Positions 50,900-64,000 of a stretch of DNA of 64,000 nucleotides are shown here, piece by piece. The notes below the pieces were generated by a model. The model saw only the letters and a program-made list of their open reading frames with translations. It made no database searches and had not been told where the DNA came from. The position numbers were made by a program, and so were the translations under genes. The number at the start of each line of letters is the position of its first letter. The stretch's first letter is position 1. The DNA is taken from contig NC_042998.1 of assembly GCF_006345805.1 (NCBI RefSeq), positions 173,414,001 to 173,478,000 on the forward strand, in the 5' to 3' direction. The DNA is from Octopus sinensis. Lineage: Eukaryota.

Positions 50900-51710
50900 A
50901 TTCGAATTTCAACATAAACAACAGGTTATTTTTGTTTGTGCAATTTTTTATGTTTTATGTATGTATTCTCATGCATATAGTTGCATATCTAGACGTGCTC
51001 ATATATATTTAAATGATAAACTTCTGGAAAGTTCTACAGATTTTTACAGTTCCAGTGGTGGACTAGATATGTAGCCTTCGAATTAGCTTTCTCTTTTCTG
51101 ATTTTGAGAAGCCTAATTTCTCCAGATTGGTATTTAGGCAGTGTATTACATATCCCAGGGCCTCAAAAATTACAGGTATAAATCTGAACTTATAATCTGG
51201 ATAGAAAAGACTGCAGGTTTCTCAATTGTTCAGCATTGGTGTTCTCTTTATGATAACATCCGATGGGCAGCTAATTTCCACAACTGTGCACAGTCTCTCT
51301 TCTTTATCAAAAATCATTATATCAGGTCTGTTATACTTACATTTTATTGAAGCCTTCACTGGTATATTCCACCAGTATACCTTTTCATTATGAGTGACTA
51401 TGGCTTCTACCATATTGTGGGTTTCTGTTTCTTTGTCCTCGGGATTATCCTTCCGACGGATTTCATTACAGAGTGCCCTAGTTACAACGTTATGTCTCAT
51501 CGATAGATAATACTGTGATGACATCTTCGGACAACTGCTTATGATGGTGGTGATATATTCAGTGTGAACTCCACAAAGTCTGCATCAGTTGTCACATTTT
51601 ACAGATTTTCCTGCATCTTTATCCTTTTTTGTGCATCAGGTACTTAGTTGATATTTCCTGTTCCTGGATTGCAAACGCATACCCTTCAAAGTGGGAGGTA
51701 ATAATCCGGT
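50900..51710 (-). mobile_element. R4/Dong-like (RLE-type) non-LTR retrotransposon, 3' fragment
   Basis: FEGYAFAIQEQEI, a CRLC...SSC knuckle remnant, RHN, and RPDI...VEISCP (restriction-like endonuclease). Confidence 0.82.
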
Positions 51711-52782
51711 ATGTCTGTCTGTATGTATGTATGTATGTATGTATGTATGTGTGTACGTATGTATGTATCTTTTTATGTATGTATGTATCTTTGTATGCGT
51801 AGGTTACCTCTACAGTGAATGAAATGGTAGAGATCTAATTTGAAATATATGGGTTTTATTGCGTGGAAGTTCCCGGCAAGTTGAATCGGTATTTGATATA
51901 AATGCGATGAGAAATTGACAATGACTAGATTGGAAATCTGATCGTAGGGGGAAGTAATTAGAAACTTAATGTCATTTCATCCGGCCATATCTCATTCCTG
52001 ACACTTCAGTGATGTTGCTAAGCAATGTATTTTATTTGTTAACAAATAATTCATATATTCCATATATAATAATAATGTTATTCGGCGGAGAAACATGACT
52101 ACACTTTTTAATTTCTTAATTGTCTCGTATCATGAAGAATGCCGACCCAGAATGAAAAGGAGCGCAAGTAAGCTATTTTCCAGGAATTTTATTTTATCTC
52201 ACAGTCAACGTCATACCACTCTATCACTTTTGGCATTTAAAGGCTTAATTCATTTAAGCGTAGCAATTGCATCAGTTCCTAATTTGGGCATAAGATCATC
52301 AGTTTTGGGAAGAATTGGATTAGCTGCAATACTTGACTGCTACGTTATGTTACCGTATCCAGGAAGGGGAATTGCAAAATTAACCTTAGTGGGAATTGAA
52401 CTCAGATTATAAAGGAGTATAGCTAAATACCACATCGCATTGTAATGATTTCAAATTTTGTCACAAAGCCAGCAATTTCGGGGAGAGACTAAGTCGATTG
52501 TATCAACCACATTACTCAACGAATACTTATTTTAACGTCCTCGAAAAGACGAAAATCAAAGTCAACCTCGGCGGAGTTTGAACTCTGATTGTAAAGACGA
52601 ACAAATTGACACTAATAATTTTGCCTGCGTACTAATGATTCCGTGAGCACACTGTCTTCTTCTGATTCTCATGATATTTATACTAAACAAATGAACTATT
52701 CTTCAGAATCATTATAAAGATATGCATAAACATACGCATAGATATACAGATAGATTGATAGATACATACATACATACATACA

Positions 52783-52816
<34 letters not shown>

Positions 52817-55800
52817 CATACGTGCATAGTTAGAGGTGTGTATGTGTGTGTGTGTGTTTAACCTCGTGGTCTGTAGAATTTCACTACTTGTTTAAATGCC
52901 ATTGACATTAATTCCTTCTTTTTTCCCAGTGGAAAAAAATTATTTCAAAAGTAACTTAATTTTCGGCAGAATTCTAAAGTTTTATAAATAAAATGGAATA
53001 TATCAAGAAATACTGTATTCCAATTTTTTTATATAATTTGGGTATTTTTTCTGAGTAATGGTAAGATCACATGCTGATTAAACATTGTCCTATCACAATG
53101 GAAATTTGAACGTTTGTTACAAAGCTATTGACGAATCTTACAAAGACAATTTTTACTTATAAGGTACTAAGAGAAATTTCTGTCACTGTACAAGAACAAC
53201 AATACATTAACTATGTATAGTAAAAAGGCTTTAATCTTAAACACAAATGTTAAAAAAAATTCAATAAATCACTTCTGAACTATCCATATATTTCCTTGTT
53301 GTCTATAGTATCTCAATTATCATACATATTTCTTTCTCTTTTCTTTCAAGTGACCTTTTTACGATCACTAGATGTACAAACAGTTTTCATTTAACTCGGA
53401 GTTATTTTTATATTGAACTATGTTTTTAATCAATGTTTATGGCTATTTCACTTAGTATTCGCTAATGTATTCGAGAAAGCTATAAACATCATGCAATGTT
53501 ATTTATCGCAGAGAGTTGTAAAGTGACAGAGTGGTACAATACCAGCAGCAATATCAAGCATTATTTAGTTTCCCATTCCTACTTTTTTAGTTCAAATCCC
53601 ACCTGCTTCGATTTCGTTTTTAGTCCTAACGAAATCGAAGCAATAAGTAAGTCCTACAACAGAGCTTGTTTACTATACCCATATTCAATGAACAGATCCT
53701 CTGTCACTTTGCTCAATGAGTGCTGATCTTTTTGATTAACGTAATATCCGACTTGACTCGTAAGCAATTGAGTATGCCATAGAGAGATTTAACATTAACC
53801 TCCATTAACCCTATTCCAAGCCCAAACAGAGTGATGATACAATATGGGACAAGTTTGCGCCTTTGAATTTCAGATGCATATATTTGTGTCAATGTACCAA
53901 TAACAAAATGTTTTTGTCATTCACCTATATAATATATTTGCAATATTTTTCAAAGAAATCAAGAATTTCTCTAAGCTTGCAACATGAGCATCAACCATGT
54001 AGTTTTCATTCATCTTTATAAGCAATTTTCATTATATTTACATTAAAATTCTGCACGAAAAAGGAATTGAAGTCATGTAATCTCTCATTCACTTGCTCTT
54101 AATAACAGATATTTTGTATCTTGGAAAAACTGCTTGTGCATTGGTTCCTTCGCCCACCAATGCATATCACGCATTATTGTATAAATTGAACGTTGCTTAT
54201 GTATATTTACACATGTATATCTCCTCTACAATTCGTCTTTACATATCGTGTGAATTCTGAGCAGAAGAATCTTTGCTACCTCCCACGAGAAAAAAATTAT
54301 GTTCGTTCATTTCCTAACTAATTTACTTTTAGTTATTCCTCGTACTTTCATGTGTCCGATTTTAATCTGCAATCAATGTCGTACAGTTTGGTTTGATATA
54401 CAGTTTAATTACTTTATGGAGGAGTCGTTCAGACTGGACAGAGAAATAAATCTATAATCAAAGTTCAATCCGGCCATGATCATTATCTTTCCTTTCTAGA
54501 ATATTATACACTGGAGAATATTATTCAAGTTTTCCCTTCGTATAATTGTAGGATATACTTGCAATAGACTTAGGTGTTATTTGTAGCAAAAGTAGAAATC
54601 ATGTGGAGTGTCCTTTCTGACATAGCATTATTCCATATTTCTCAGATTGCAAATTATCCTATTGTCGACAAATTTACAAAACTTGGATTCATTTCTAAAC
54701 TATGATGTGCTAAAGGTTTGCCACGATTTACATGATTGATTGAAAAAAATGAAAATAAACATAAAGAAGTATCTCATTTAATCGATTGGTTTCAAACCAT
54801 TATTCTCAGTATATTATTGATTTACTGAATATGTCAATACCATTTTGTTAATAAAATGTCCTTTTTCGGATCTGAGAAAATCATTTCCACTAATAGTATA
54901 ACGTAACGCTTAGTATAATGTAACTCTTAGCAAAACGTAGCTCTAAATTAGAATTTCGTATCTAGCCGTTTGAAATATCCATTAGTGTATACAATTTGAT
55001 AGAAGTTGTTGGTGTTGTTGTGATAGTTTAACCCCCAAAGTCAACATTGATTGGGCAGGCCGATGATCAATGATATTTAAGTCATGATGATCTAACTTTA
55101 GATGTGGCATGAGATCTAGTGTTAGATACCCCCCACCCCCACCGCACCCCAATAAAGGAAAAGAAAATAATTCCATTTACCCGAAAATGAAGTTTTGATA
55201 TAACTGCAAGAAATAAGACTCATTTATTTCAGCAAAATCGTTTGAAAAAACACCGAGGTAGTGGAGTGCTAAGCATTGATGAAATGAAAACTTCTCAACA
55301 ACTAAAGCAAGATTTACAAACTAGTGCTTAGATACTGTTTCTTGAGATGAAGTATTTGGAATCTATGTAGATCAATTTATCTAGATCAACGCCTTATCTC
55401 AGTTAATATTTAAAGTGTATCTTATACAATTCCATTAATTAGATACATTGAAGAGAACAAGTGTATCGCTTGTTCTAATAAAAACGAAATATCTGCAGTT
55501 GTCTGTGAACGCAAAATATTTAAGCTAGCCAGTCCAATACCTACTCCCTTCCTCTGTCAAGGCTAAATCCATAAATATTTAATTTCATCTATTAGGTCTC
55601 ACATAACACTAAGGTTGAATATGTTATACATTCCAACAATGTTGATAAAATAAGTACACTATATTTTAAAGTAATTTCAATAAGCAACGCACATATATGC
55701 CATGGCATTGCATCCTAATAACAATTGTGTATATTGTCTTAAATTAATAAATATCATAAATATAATTTATTTCAGGTACTGACACCTAATTCTGTATCAA

Positions 55801-56992
55801 AAAGCGTATACAATAGCTGTATGGAGAAATAAAAGCCATGTATTTTTTCTTTTTAAGTTTTTATTTTACAGCTATGAAGGTGAGTGGTGGTATAAATTAA
55901 ACCCTCCGCTACAACACATATACATTTGTATACAGTTGTTTTGTATATCGACAATTTATCAAATTTAATACGAAACAGTTATTATTTTACATTAGTGGTG
56001 CTGATATACCTAAAGCCATGATAGCTTTCGTATTTGCTGCAAAGAAACTCTAGATGCCATGGAAACAAAGCATTATACTTTGCAGCAGCTAATAAGAAAT
56101 CGATATTGAAAGATACATCTCTGGGAACTGAAATTTAAAACGTGTGAACATGTGATGAATATATATGAATAACGTATTATTTTTATATATAAAACACGAA
56201 TAAAAAACAACGTGCAAAAGAAATAACTCGAGGTTTCTGCGTGATAAAAATATTCTGAAGAGAAAATAAAAGTACGTAAATAGAAATACTTAAGTTTTTT
56301 TAATTTTGTTTATTGCACACAAAGGCTCTGTATTGTAAAAAGATAAGGGAAATAGAAAACTGAAATGTGCATTAATTCACAGTGGTTATACTTACGTGAT
56401 TGAAGTAATGTACGTTTAATTAAAAGTGCGTCTCTTGGAACGAAGTATCTTCCTTATTGTTTTAGTTATAAATAAGTGAAAATATTTTCCAGGTTAGTAG
56501 AGGCACGGCGACGATTGAGATTCACTAATGTAAGTAATGTGCATTTTCATGTAAAAATAACTGATCCTGTGTAGGAGGTTCAGTTTAAATTCTCTCGTTT
56601 ATCAATTTCCCACGAAATATATCTCTCTACGTTCTATTAATATTTTTTTTAATTATTACATTTTATGTCGCAGTTTTTCAAAAATAGGATCACTGATAAT
56701 AGTTTACCATCAGAGCAATCCCTACAATTATGAATTATGAAAATCTGTATCTCGTTGCAAAGTCATTACGTCAAAAGTGAGCACTGGCGTTTTAGTTTTT
56801 ATGTTCATGTTTACATTCTTTGCCAATATAACTCGATGAAATCAATCCACATACATACATACGTTATATATACATACACACTATAAGGAGGCTCTGATAT
56901 AAATATACTAGTCGCTTCAGTGTCAAAACACCGGTATCCCAAACTACTGTGCGAAAAAAGGGAGCACACTTTATAAGTAATATATCTACGTA

Positions 56993-57430
56993 AAGTTAAA
57001 TATATGTCCGGTCATAGAGTGGCCAAAGCGCTTAGCTTTGTAGATGTCTCGCCAGACTCCAATCTTAAACTCAAGACATGAAATCTGTAGCCCCTGCTCC
57101 CATTTCAAACGCTACCTGCTGCAGGTGTTGACTCCCCGTTCGTCGATCAGGGCTGTAAAATTATTTGCAGACTGGAACCAACATTAGACTGAAAATTCAC
57201 CGTTCGCCCTTTACGTCCATTTGCTAACTAGACCAGCGTAAAGGCGATAACATGTCATGTTTATAGCCCAGACAATGTATATTTTTCTTTTGCTTAGATC
57301 GGTTCTCTGCCTACAGTTTGGACAGCGGTTAAGTTCCAGCAGCCATTGTAGTCTGACAAGTCGTCAAAACTAAGCACTTTGTGGATGCAAAACCATTGGT
57401 CACTCTATGACCGGAAATATTATTTAACTT
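56993..57430. mobile_element. MITE-like element with ~65-70-bp imperfect TIRs
   Basis: aagttaaatatatgtccggtcatagagtggcca pairs with tggtcactctatgaccggaaatattatttaactt. Pairing continues inward after a 14-bp insertion. There is no clean TSD. Confidence 0.55.
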
Positions 57431-57801
57431 CATGTATATATAGTGATAAAGGCGTGCAATCCTCCGCCACAGAACTCCACTTATCCGCAACTGGTGCAGT
57501 GACAAGGATGAGATAAAAATACAGCGATATGCCACGTCCATAATATGAACCGCTAGACCTTTACAACAAGCCAGCTTGACTATGTCCTGTCGTAGCTAAT
57601 AGCAGCACGAAACACAACTTAACTTGCCACCGAGTGACGGAACAGGCATTCACCGGATGCTCTGAGAAGACACTGTTCTGCATTTGACATCGGAGGGAAG
57701 GGGAGGCGGTGCTTAGCCAACATTCTATTTAATTCATAGCTAGGACCCTAATAGGTGCTATTACACAGGTCAGAGTAAACCAGGGAACTATATGTATGTA
57801 T

Positions 57802-57895
<94 letters not shown>

Positions 57896-57986
57896 CGAGA
57901 GAGAGAGAGAGAGTTGAATATGGTGCTTAATTTAAAGGCATCAGAATTTAGTATGGTATTATCCATATAATTCAAAATGGGGTGAT

Positions 57987-58064
57987 TATAATCAAAATAA
58001 GCAACAAAGATATCCAGAGGTAATGCATCGCCTCTGGATATCCTTGTTGCTTATTTTGATTATA
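57987..58064. repeat. 34-bp-stem hairpin, 10-nt loop
   Basis: tataatcaaaataagcaacaaagatatccagagg / cctctggatatccttgttgcttattttgattata with 1 mismatch, adjacent to (TA)n. Confidence 0.9.
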
Positions 58065-58070
58065 TATATA

Positions 58071-58103
<33 letters not shown>

Positions 58104-58254
58104 TTGTGTTTGTGTATGTATGTATGTATGTATGCCGCTGAGATCGGCATTGTCTTTCATGATGAAATAAGTTTCAGTTGAGTACTGGAGTCAGTGCAAT
58201 CAACATACACCTTTGTCTAAAGTCCCTAGACTTGTGCCAACATTTTAAACAATA

Positions 58255-58425
58255 GGCGCAGGAGTGGCTGTGGGATAAGTAGCTTGCTTATCAACCACAT
58301 GGTTCTGGGTTCATTCCTACTGCATGGCACCTTGGGTGAGTGTGTTCTATTATAGTCTTGGGCCGACCAAAGCCTTTTGAGTGAATTTGTGGATTTGGTA
58401 GACGGAAACTGAAAGAAGCTCGTCG

Positions 58426-58458
<33 letters not shown>

Positions 58459-58665
58459 TTGTCCGTCTGTGTTTATTCCCCTAACATCGCTTGACAACCG
58501 ATGGTGGTGTGTTTACGTCCCCGTAATCTAGCGGTTCGGCAAAAGAGACCGATAGAATAAGTACTAGGCTTACAAGAAATAAGTCATGGGGTCGATTTGC
58601 TCGACTAAAAGCAGTGCTCCAGCATGGCCGCAGTCAAATGACTGAAACAAGTAAAAGAGTAAAAG
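58255..58665 (+). mobile_element. SINE family A, full length
   Basis: Head ggcgcaggagtggctgtg through the gagtaaaag tail. Confidence 0.92.
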
Positions 58666-61600
58666 GAGAATTGTAATTTATTAAAGGTACTAGCAGAATC
58701 ACAATAGTTTTGGATTATTCTTTGCTGTTTTTATTCCGGATCTTTATGTTCCGAAGTGGAAATCTCGCCAGGACCAGATTTGCCTTCCATTCTTTTGGAG
58801 CTGATAAGATAAACTATGAAGCATGAACTTTAGTTCATATAATCGACTTTGTTCGCCTCTTATCAAATTCTTTGCCTTTCGCCTCCTGTGTAAGAAATCA
58901 ATATTCTTAATTTGATAATTTGATGTCTTCTAAATCAATATAAAAACTAGTGAAGATGATAGACGAAAACAATTATATAGCAGTCTGCAAGTAAAAACCA
59001 AGAAAACGAATTTTGAAGTCACAGCTGTGTTGTCGGGTACAAAAACTGTCGATAATGGAATATGTCGTCCCTTTGTGGATCACTTATTTTGGCATAAGAC
59101 AAAGGAAAGAACAAGTAGAGTGTTTTGCACACTCTACTCCCATAAACTATACAAACAGATTTAACTTAAACTAATTTACGTATGAGAGCAGACAGTTTAA
59201 CCAATTATAACTAACATATACTAAACTATACAAACAGGTAAGCACATTATTAATACTGCAAAAGTCTATAAACGACACTACCATTCAAGTCTGTTGCAAA
59301 CCGCAATCTTCTAAATTACAATGTTAACATACTTGAAAATTCGGTTCCTTACTTGTCAGGTGCCTAACCTACTTACTAATTAGTTTTAATGATTTCTGAA
59401 GAATCAAAGGAATTTTATATAAAGTGAATATATGGTGAGTATTTCTACTGCAAAACATGGCCAAAGACGCCTTTAAATCAACAATGAACTCGTTTTAATT
59501 AAGATTTGCGATAGAGACTATTCATTGCAGTCGGATATGCATTGGAAGTATAGCGTGTGCCAAACGATTGATTATCTTCCGCGCAAGTATGCGTCTTCTC
59601 ATTCAGTGCAGACAGAGACTACTCAACAACGCAATTAAATATTTTCATATCTATAATTAAGAATCATTCAAGAATAATCAAGAAATTTATTGATCTACGC
59701 AATTGATTATTGTACATTAAATACAACAGATAAATAATAAGATAAACCTTTTTGCTAATTACGCATTTGTACCGTGTGAGAGACGCATCTGGCAATATAG
59801 AGTATAGTTACTTTTCATAAAAACATTTTCATGTTAGTCATATGTACTATTTAAGTAGGAGTCATGTGTGGCTTCAATTCATTACAATAACGTACAAACA
59901 GCGTGGTTAAGATAACAGAATAATATATCGTTGAATGCGTTTTAGTGATAGACGTATAGAGTTAAGCCTTGTATATTGTTAAAAAAAAAAACGGGTGAAT
60001 GTTTTAAAGAATGAATATGCGATATCGTAATAGTAATATTGTCGCTAGGAAACGTATACAAATCAAGTGAATCGAAACATGAAGTGGTCTCGATTCGTCA
60101 GGACTGTATTACCGGGTTGTATAGTCATTGAATTGTGGGCTATATATTTATAAAATCTCACAATTTGAGTAACGAAAATTGCATGTGTTAATACATGTAG
60201 TTTTCTCAATGAAACTGGCAGCATGTTTTCACGGCTACTTTACAATCGTAAGTAAAAGTCTTTTGAAAAAGAGATTGATGTAACAACTTAACTGTTCGGA
60301 TTACTAGTCGGTTATCTCTTACAATAAAAGCGCTCGCCTCGTCTTTTTTTCTTTCCTATTTATTTGAAGCAGTAATTTGCATACTTGGTCGAGTGCAACT
60401 TTGTGCATGTAAATATATGTTATGTATCTATACGTACTGTTGAATGTGTGTGGGTATAGGATGTTTCTAGTACGGATACATTAAACGAAAAATCTAAGAA
60501 GTAAAGAATTGGGTATTAAAATAATACCATGTAATATAAATAGTTAAAGAATTTGCTGGGGAATATAATGTTTCTTCTGTTGGCTTATTACGTGTAGACG
60601 TTACATTTAATAATATCCCAAAGATCCAATTAGATAGTGTTATTTGAACACAATTAAAGCCATTCTTTAATTTTGATCTATTCCTTGAGCATGATTTTTG
60701 CCGACGCAGACCATCAATATTAATATAATGCATACCCGACAACACTCACAGCCCCAATGTTGCGAGGGCAGACGATTCTAACCAAATAAACTGTTAACTG
60801 CTAAAAAGTGAATACATACCATTAAAAACACACACTTTCATCTTAGAATACTCCCAAACGCAGCAACTAACGAATTCGTGCGTAAAACAATAATGGGAAT
60901 CTAAATAAATTTTCTATTGCGAAAAGCATAATTTATACAGACAAAATTTGGCAATTTGAAGATAACGACAGATATTATACAAATTGCATGGAAAATGGTT
61001 ATAAAAAATTTAACAGCTCATATTTTACCGTACTTGTCAAAGAATTATTGATTTTCTTATTGTCCTTGCGAGCGTATATATTTTTCAAATGGGTAGATTT
61101 CCTGCAGAAATATATGTGAAGAGACTTTTCAGTTGAAGTGGAAACTCAGTCCAGAAGATATTGCAAGAAATTGAAAAATAACAAATTCTTAGAAAACAAG
61201 TGAGTAATCGTGTTCAAAAAGCATACTTTTGATAATGAAACATGCACGTATTCCAAAAGTCTAGCTAGAATCGAATGTTATTCCAGTGAGCCGGATGAAG
61301 AGTTGTTATATAGAACGCGATAGGAAAGAAATCAACGGAGGAATTCATTTCTACTTCAATAAATGACAATGGCTTGCAACCAAACAAACGAAATTAGAAG
61401 TGTGTATGGAATACGGAGAACTATATATCCTAGGTGATTAGATATTTAGCTTTCCAAAATGAAAAAAAAAGAATATTTGGTTCTGTACCTGTTAGATGTA
61501 TTACGTGCACAGTCCTATTACCGCTTGTGTTTTTAACAATAATTTCGCAAATATGTTTAACAACATATTTCAGTTACTAAAATTGATTCGTGGAGAATAT

Positions 61601-61734
61601 TATTGTACATATATCTTTAGTAATAATCAGTGAAAGAGTGACAGTATGCATGACACCTGGAGTTCTTATACGTTTTGTAATTGTGTATTTGCACTACCAG
61701 AATCAATGCTTCTTGGCATGGTAGTCTTGATTTG

Positions 61735-61823
61735 TTCTACAGCACAACTCAACGCTCATACAGGAATTGAAACACAATCTTACGACCAGGAGTGCAACGC
61801 TCTAACCACTAAGCCACCTGCCT
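61735..61823 (-). mobile_element. Decayed tRNA-derived SINE head
   Basis: A box tggcttagtgg and B-box-like gtttcaattcc, similar to the family C head. Confidence 0.6.
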
Positions 61824-61925
61824 CGACATTAGACATATTGACAGTTCTAAATAAATTATTTCACACATACGACAAAATCTAAATTAGAAACTAATGCACA
61901 CTCCACTTTCCATCCCGGTTGAAAC

Positions 61926-62015
<90 letters not shown>

Positions 62016-62053
62016 TGTATGTATATATATGTATATATATGTGTGTGTATATA

Positions 62054-62126
<73 letters not shown>

Positions 62127-62171
62127 ATATATATATAATATATATAATATATTATATATATATATATATTA

Positions 62172-62213
<42 letters not shown>

Positions 62214-62554
62214 TATATATAGATGAGTGTAATTTTACCTTGTTAACAATTAACAAGGACAAAATAAATAAATAGTTACCAGGGCAGCAAAAATCTCACA
62301 AGTAAAGGAGAAGATTGAATTGTTTATACCATTTATTCTTTTGAATAGTATCAGTGGAATTTTCGAAACATGTGTCGAAATTAAAAATATTTGATTACAC
62401 CTGCGTTAACTCCATTTTTTATTCATATATATATATATATATATACGGTTAAGTAATTGAGATTCAAGTGAATTCTAAAAATTCACATGAATAAGGTCCT
62501 TAACTAGGATGCACCGGAAATCAATATGGTGTTAACCATACGACAAGTGGGGTG

Positions 62555-62619
<65 letters not shown>

Positions 62620-62726
62620 TATATATATTATAATATATATATATATATACGTAATATATATATACGTATATATATATACGTATATATATATATACGTACA
62701 TATATATATACGTATATATATATACG

Positions 62727-62801
<75 letters not shown>

Positions 62802-63587
62802 CTGTCTACAGTATTAGGATTGGTAATTAAAGAAATGTTTAATCATCCATTCATATATATAATTTATCTGCAACGGTTTTAGAAATTGACGCAGCTATGG
62901 TTGTGTATGTAGTAAAGCAGTTTGCATCGTTCTACTTGTTTCCCCTCCTCTTTCTTTTACAGGCGCATGCACATATACATATATATGTGTATATGTGAGT
63001 CCGCGCATGTATGTATGTATAAATAGAGAGAGAAATATAAAGATATGGGGATGAATCTGAAGATTAGCTTCATTGCTACTGGTGTTTTATCTAAACGTGC
63101 AATCGTTGAAGCGATAAAAAATCATGCTATCGCTTGTGCAATCGCAGGTAGTGGGAAATTTCGTGTATCGGTAGGGTCGAACATTATTCCAAATGAATAG
63201 ATTTTATCACGTATATTGAGTAATTCTTACTTTCGTTTACACCTGCAAACTTCATCGTCAGATCGAACTAGCATTACGCAACATGTGAGAAGGTAGGGCA
63301 TTTGAATTACAGATAGAACGCTATGCGCTTGATCTATCCTCAGCGACTTCTTTCATCGTGCCAAGGTTTTCCATTGTATCTGCACGCCTCTGTGGTATCA
63401 GATGTTTGAATGAATAAAATACGACCATTTTTATTCCAAGGTATGGTGTTCCTCTCAATCAAGCTTTTCTTTTTATTTCAAAACGGATGTAATACTTTAT
63501 ATATTGCACTCATCACAACTCAGCCACAAGCTCAGTCGGGCCCAAAGATATAGACAGCATATGCGATGAAACAAATTAATTTGTTTA

Positions 63588-63756
63588 GGCGCAGGAGTGG
63601 CTGTGTGGTAAGAAACTTGCTTCCCAATCACATGGCTCTAGGTTCAGTCCCTCTGCGTGGCATCTTGGGCGAGTGTCTTCTACTATAACCTCGGGCTGAC
63701 CAAAGCCTTGTGAGTGGATTTGGCAGACGGAAACTGAAAGAAGCCCGTCGTATATG

Positions 63757-63789
<33 letters not shown>

Positions 63790-63995
63790 ATTTGTTCGAA
63801 TGTGTTTGTGCCCCCACCATCGTTTGACAACCGATGTTGGTGTGGTTACTTACCCGTAACTTAACGGTTCAGCAAAATAACCAATAGTATAAGTACCAGG
63901 ATTACAAAATATAACTCTTGGGGTCTATCTGTTCGACTAAAGATAGTGCTCCAGCGTGGCCACAGTCAAACAAGAAAAAGAATAAAAGAATAAAT
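63588..63995 (+). mobile_element. SINE family A, full length, diverged 3' half
   Basis: The head starts ggcgcaggagtggctgtgtggtaag and all family A segments are present. Confidence 0.9.
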
Positions 63996-64000
63996 AGACT

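Noticed and set aside
57135-57185. KLFAD string resembling an RT FADD motif
   Set aside because: It is an isolated 5-residue match with no flanking RT homology.
63215-63265. Minus-strand CUGACGA...GAAA-GUA
   Set aside because: Stem II is weak, there is no palindromic stem III or convincing stem I, and the match is expected by chance.

Overview
AT-rich animal genomic DNA, very likely from an octopus (inferred from the recognisable SINE repertoire). No host protein-coding gene can be supported, so the window is intergenic or deep intronic. Most of the supplied ORFs are translations of microsatellites. The window is a mosaic of (TA)n/(CA)n/tetranucleotide repeats, four tRNA-derived SINE families, non-autonomous Helitrons, Tc1/mariner and hAT remnants, RTE, CR1-like and R4/Dong-like LINE fragments, and several decayed Penelope-like elements (PLE; RT plus GIY-YIG). 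The strongest unannotated signal is a set of nine minimal type I hammerhead ribozyme motifs, from intact to decayed, in about six sequence families. Each has a self-complementary stem III and sits in a PLE pseudo-LTR or a short PLE-type unit, and most of these units lie inside (TA)n tracts, often as head-to-head palindromes. Other notable items are a reconstructable ~2.2 kb inversion that splits a Tc1-in-Penelope insertion, an internally deleted RTE sharing both its 5' and 3' modules with a SINE, and several long fold-back structures, one of which may be an assembly artefact. All calls were made by eye; coordinates of decayed repeats are approximate (about +/-20 bp).
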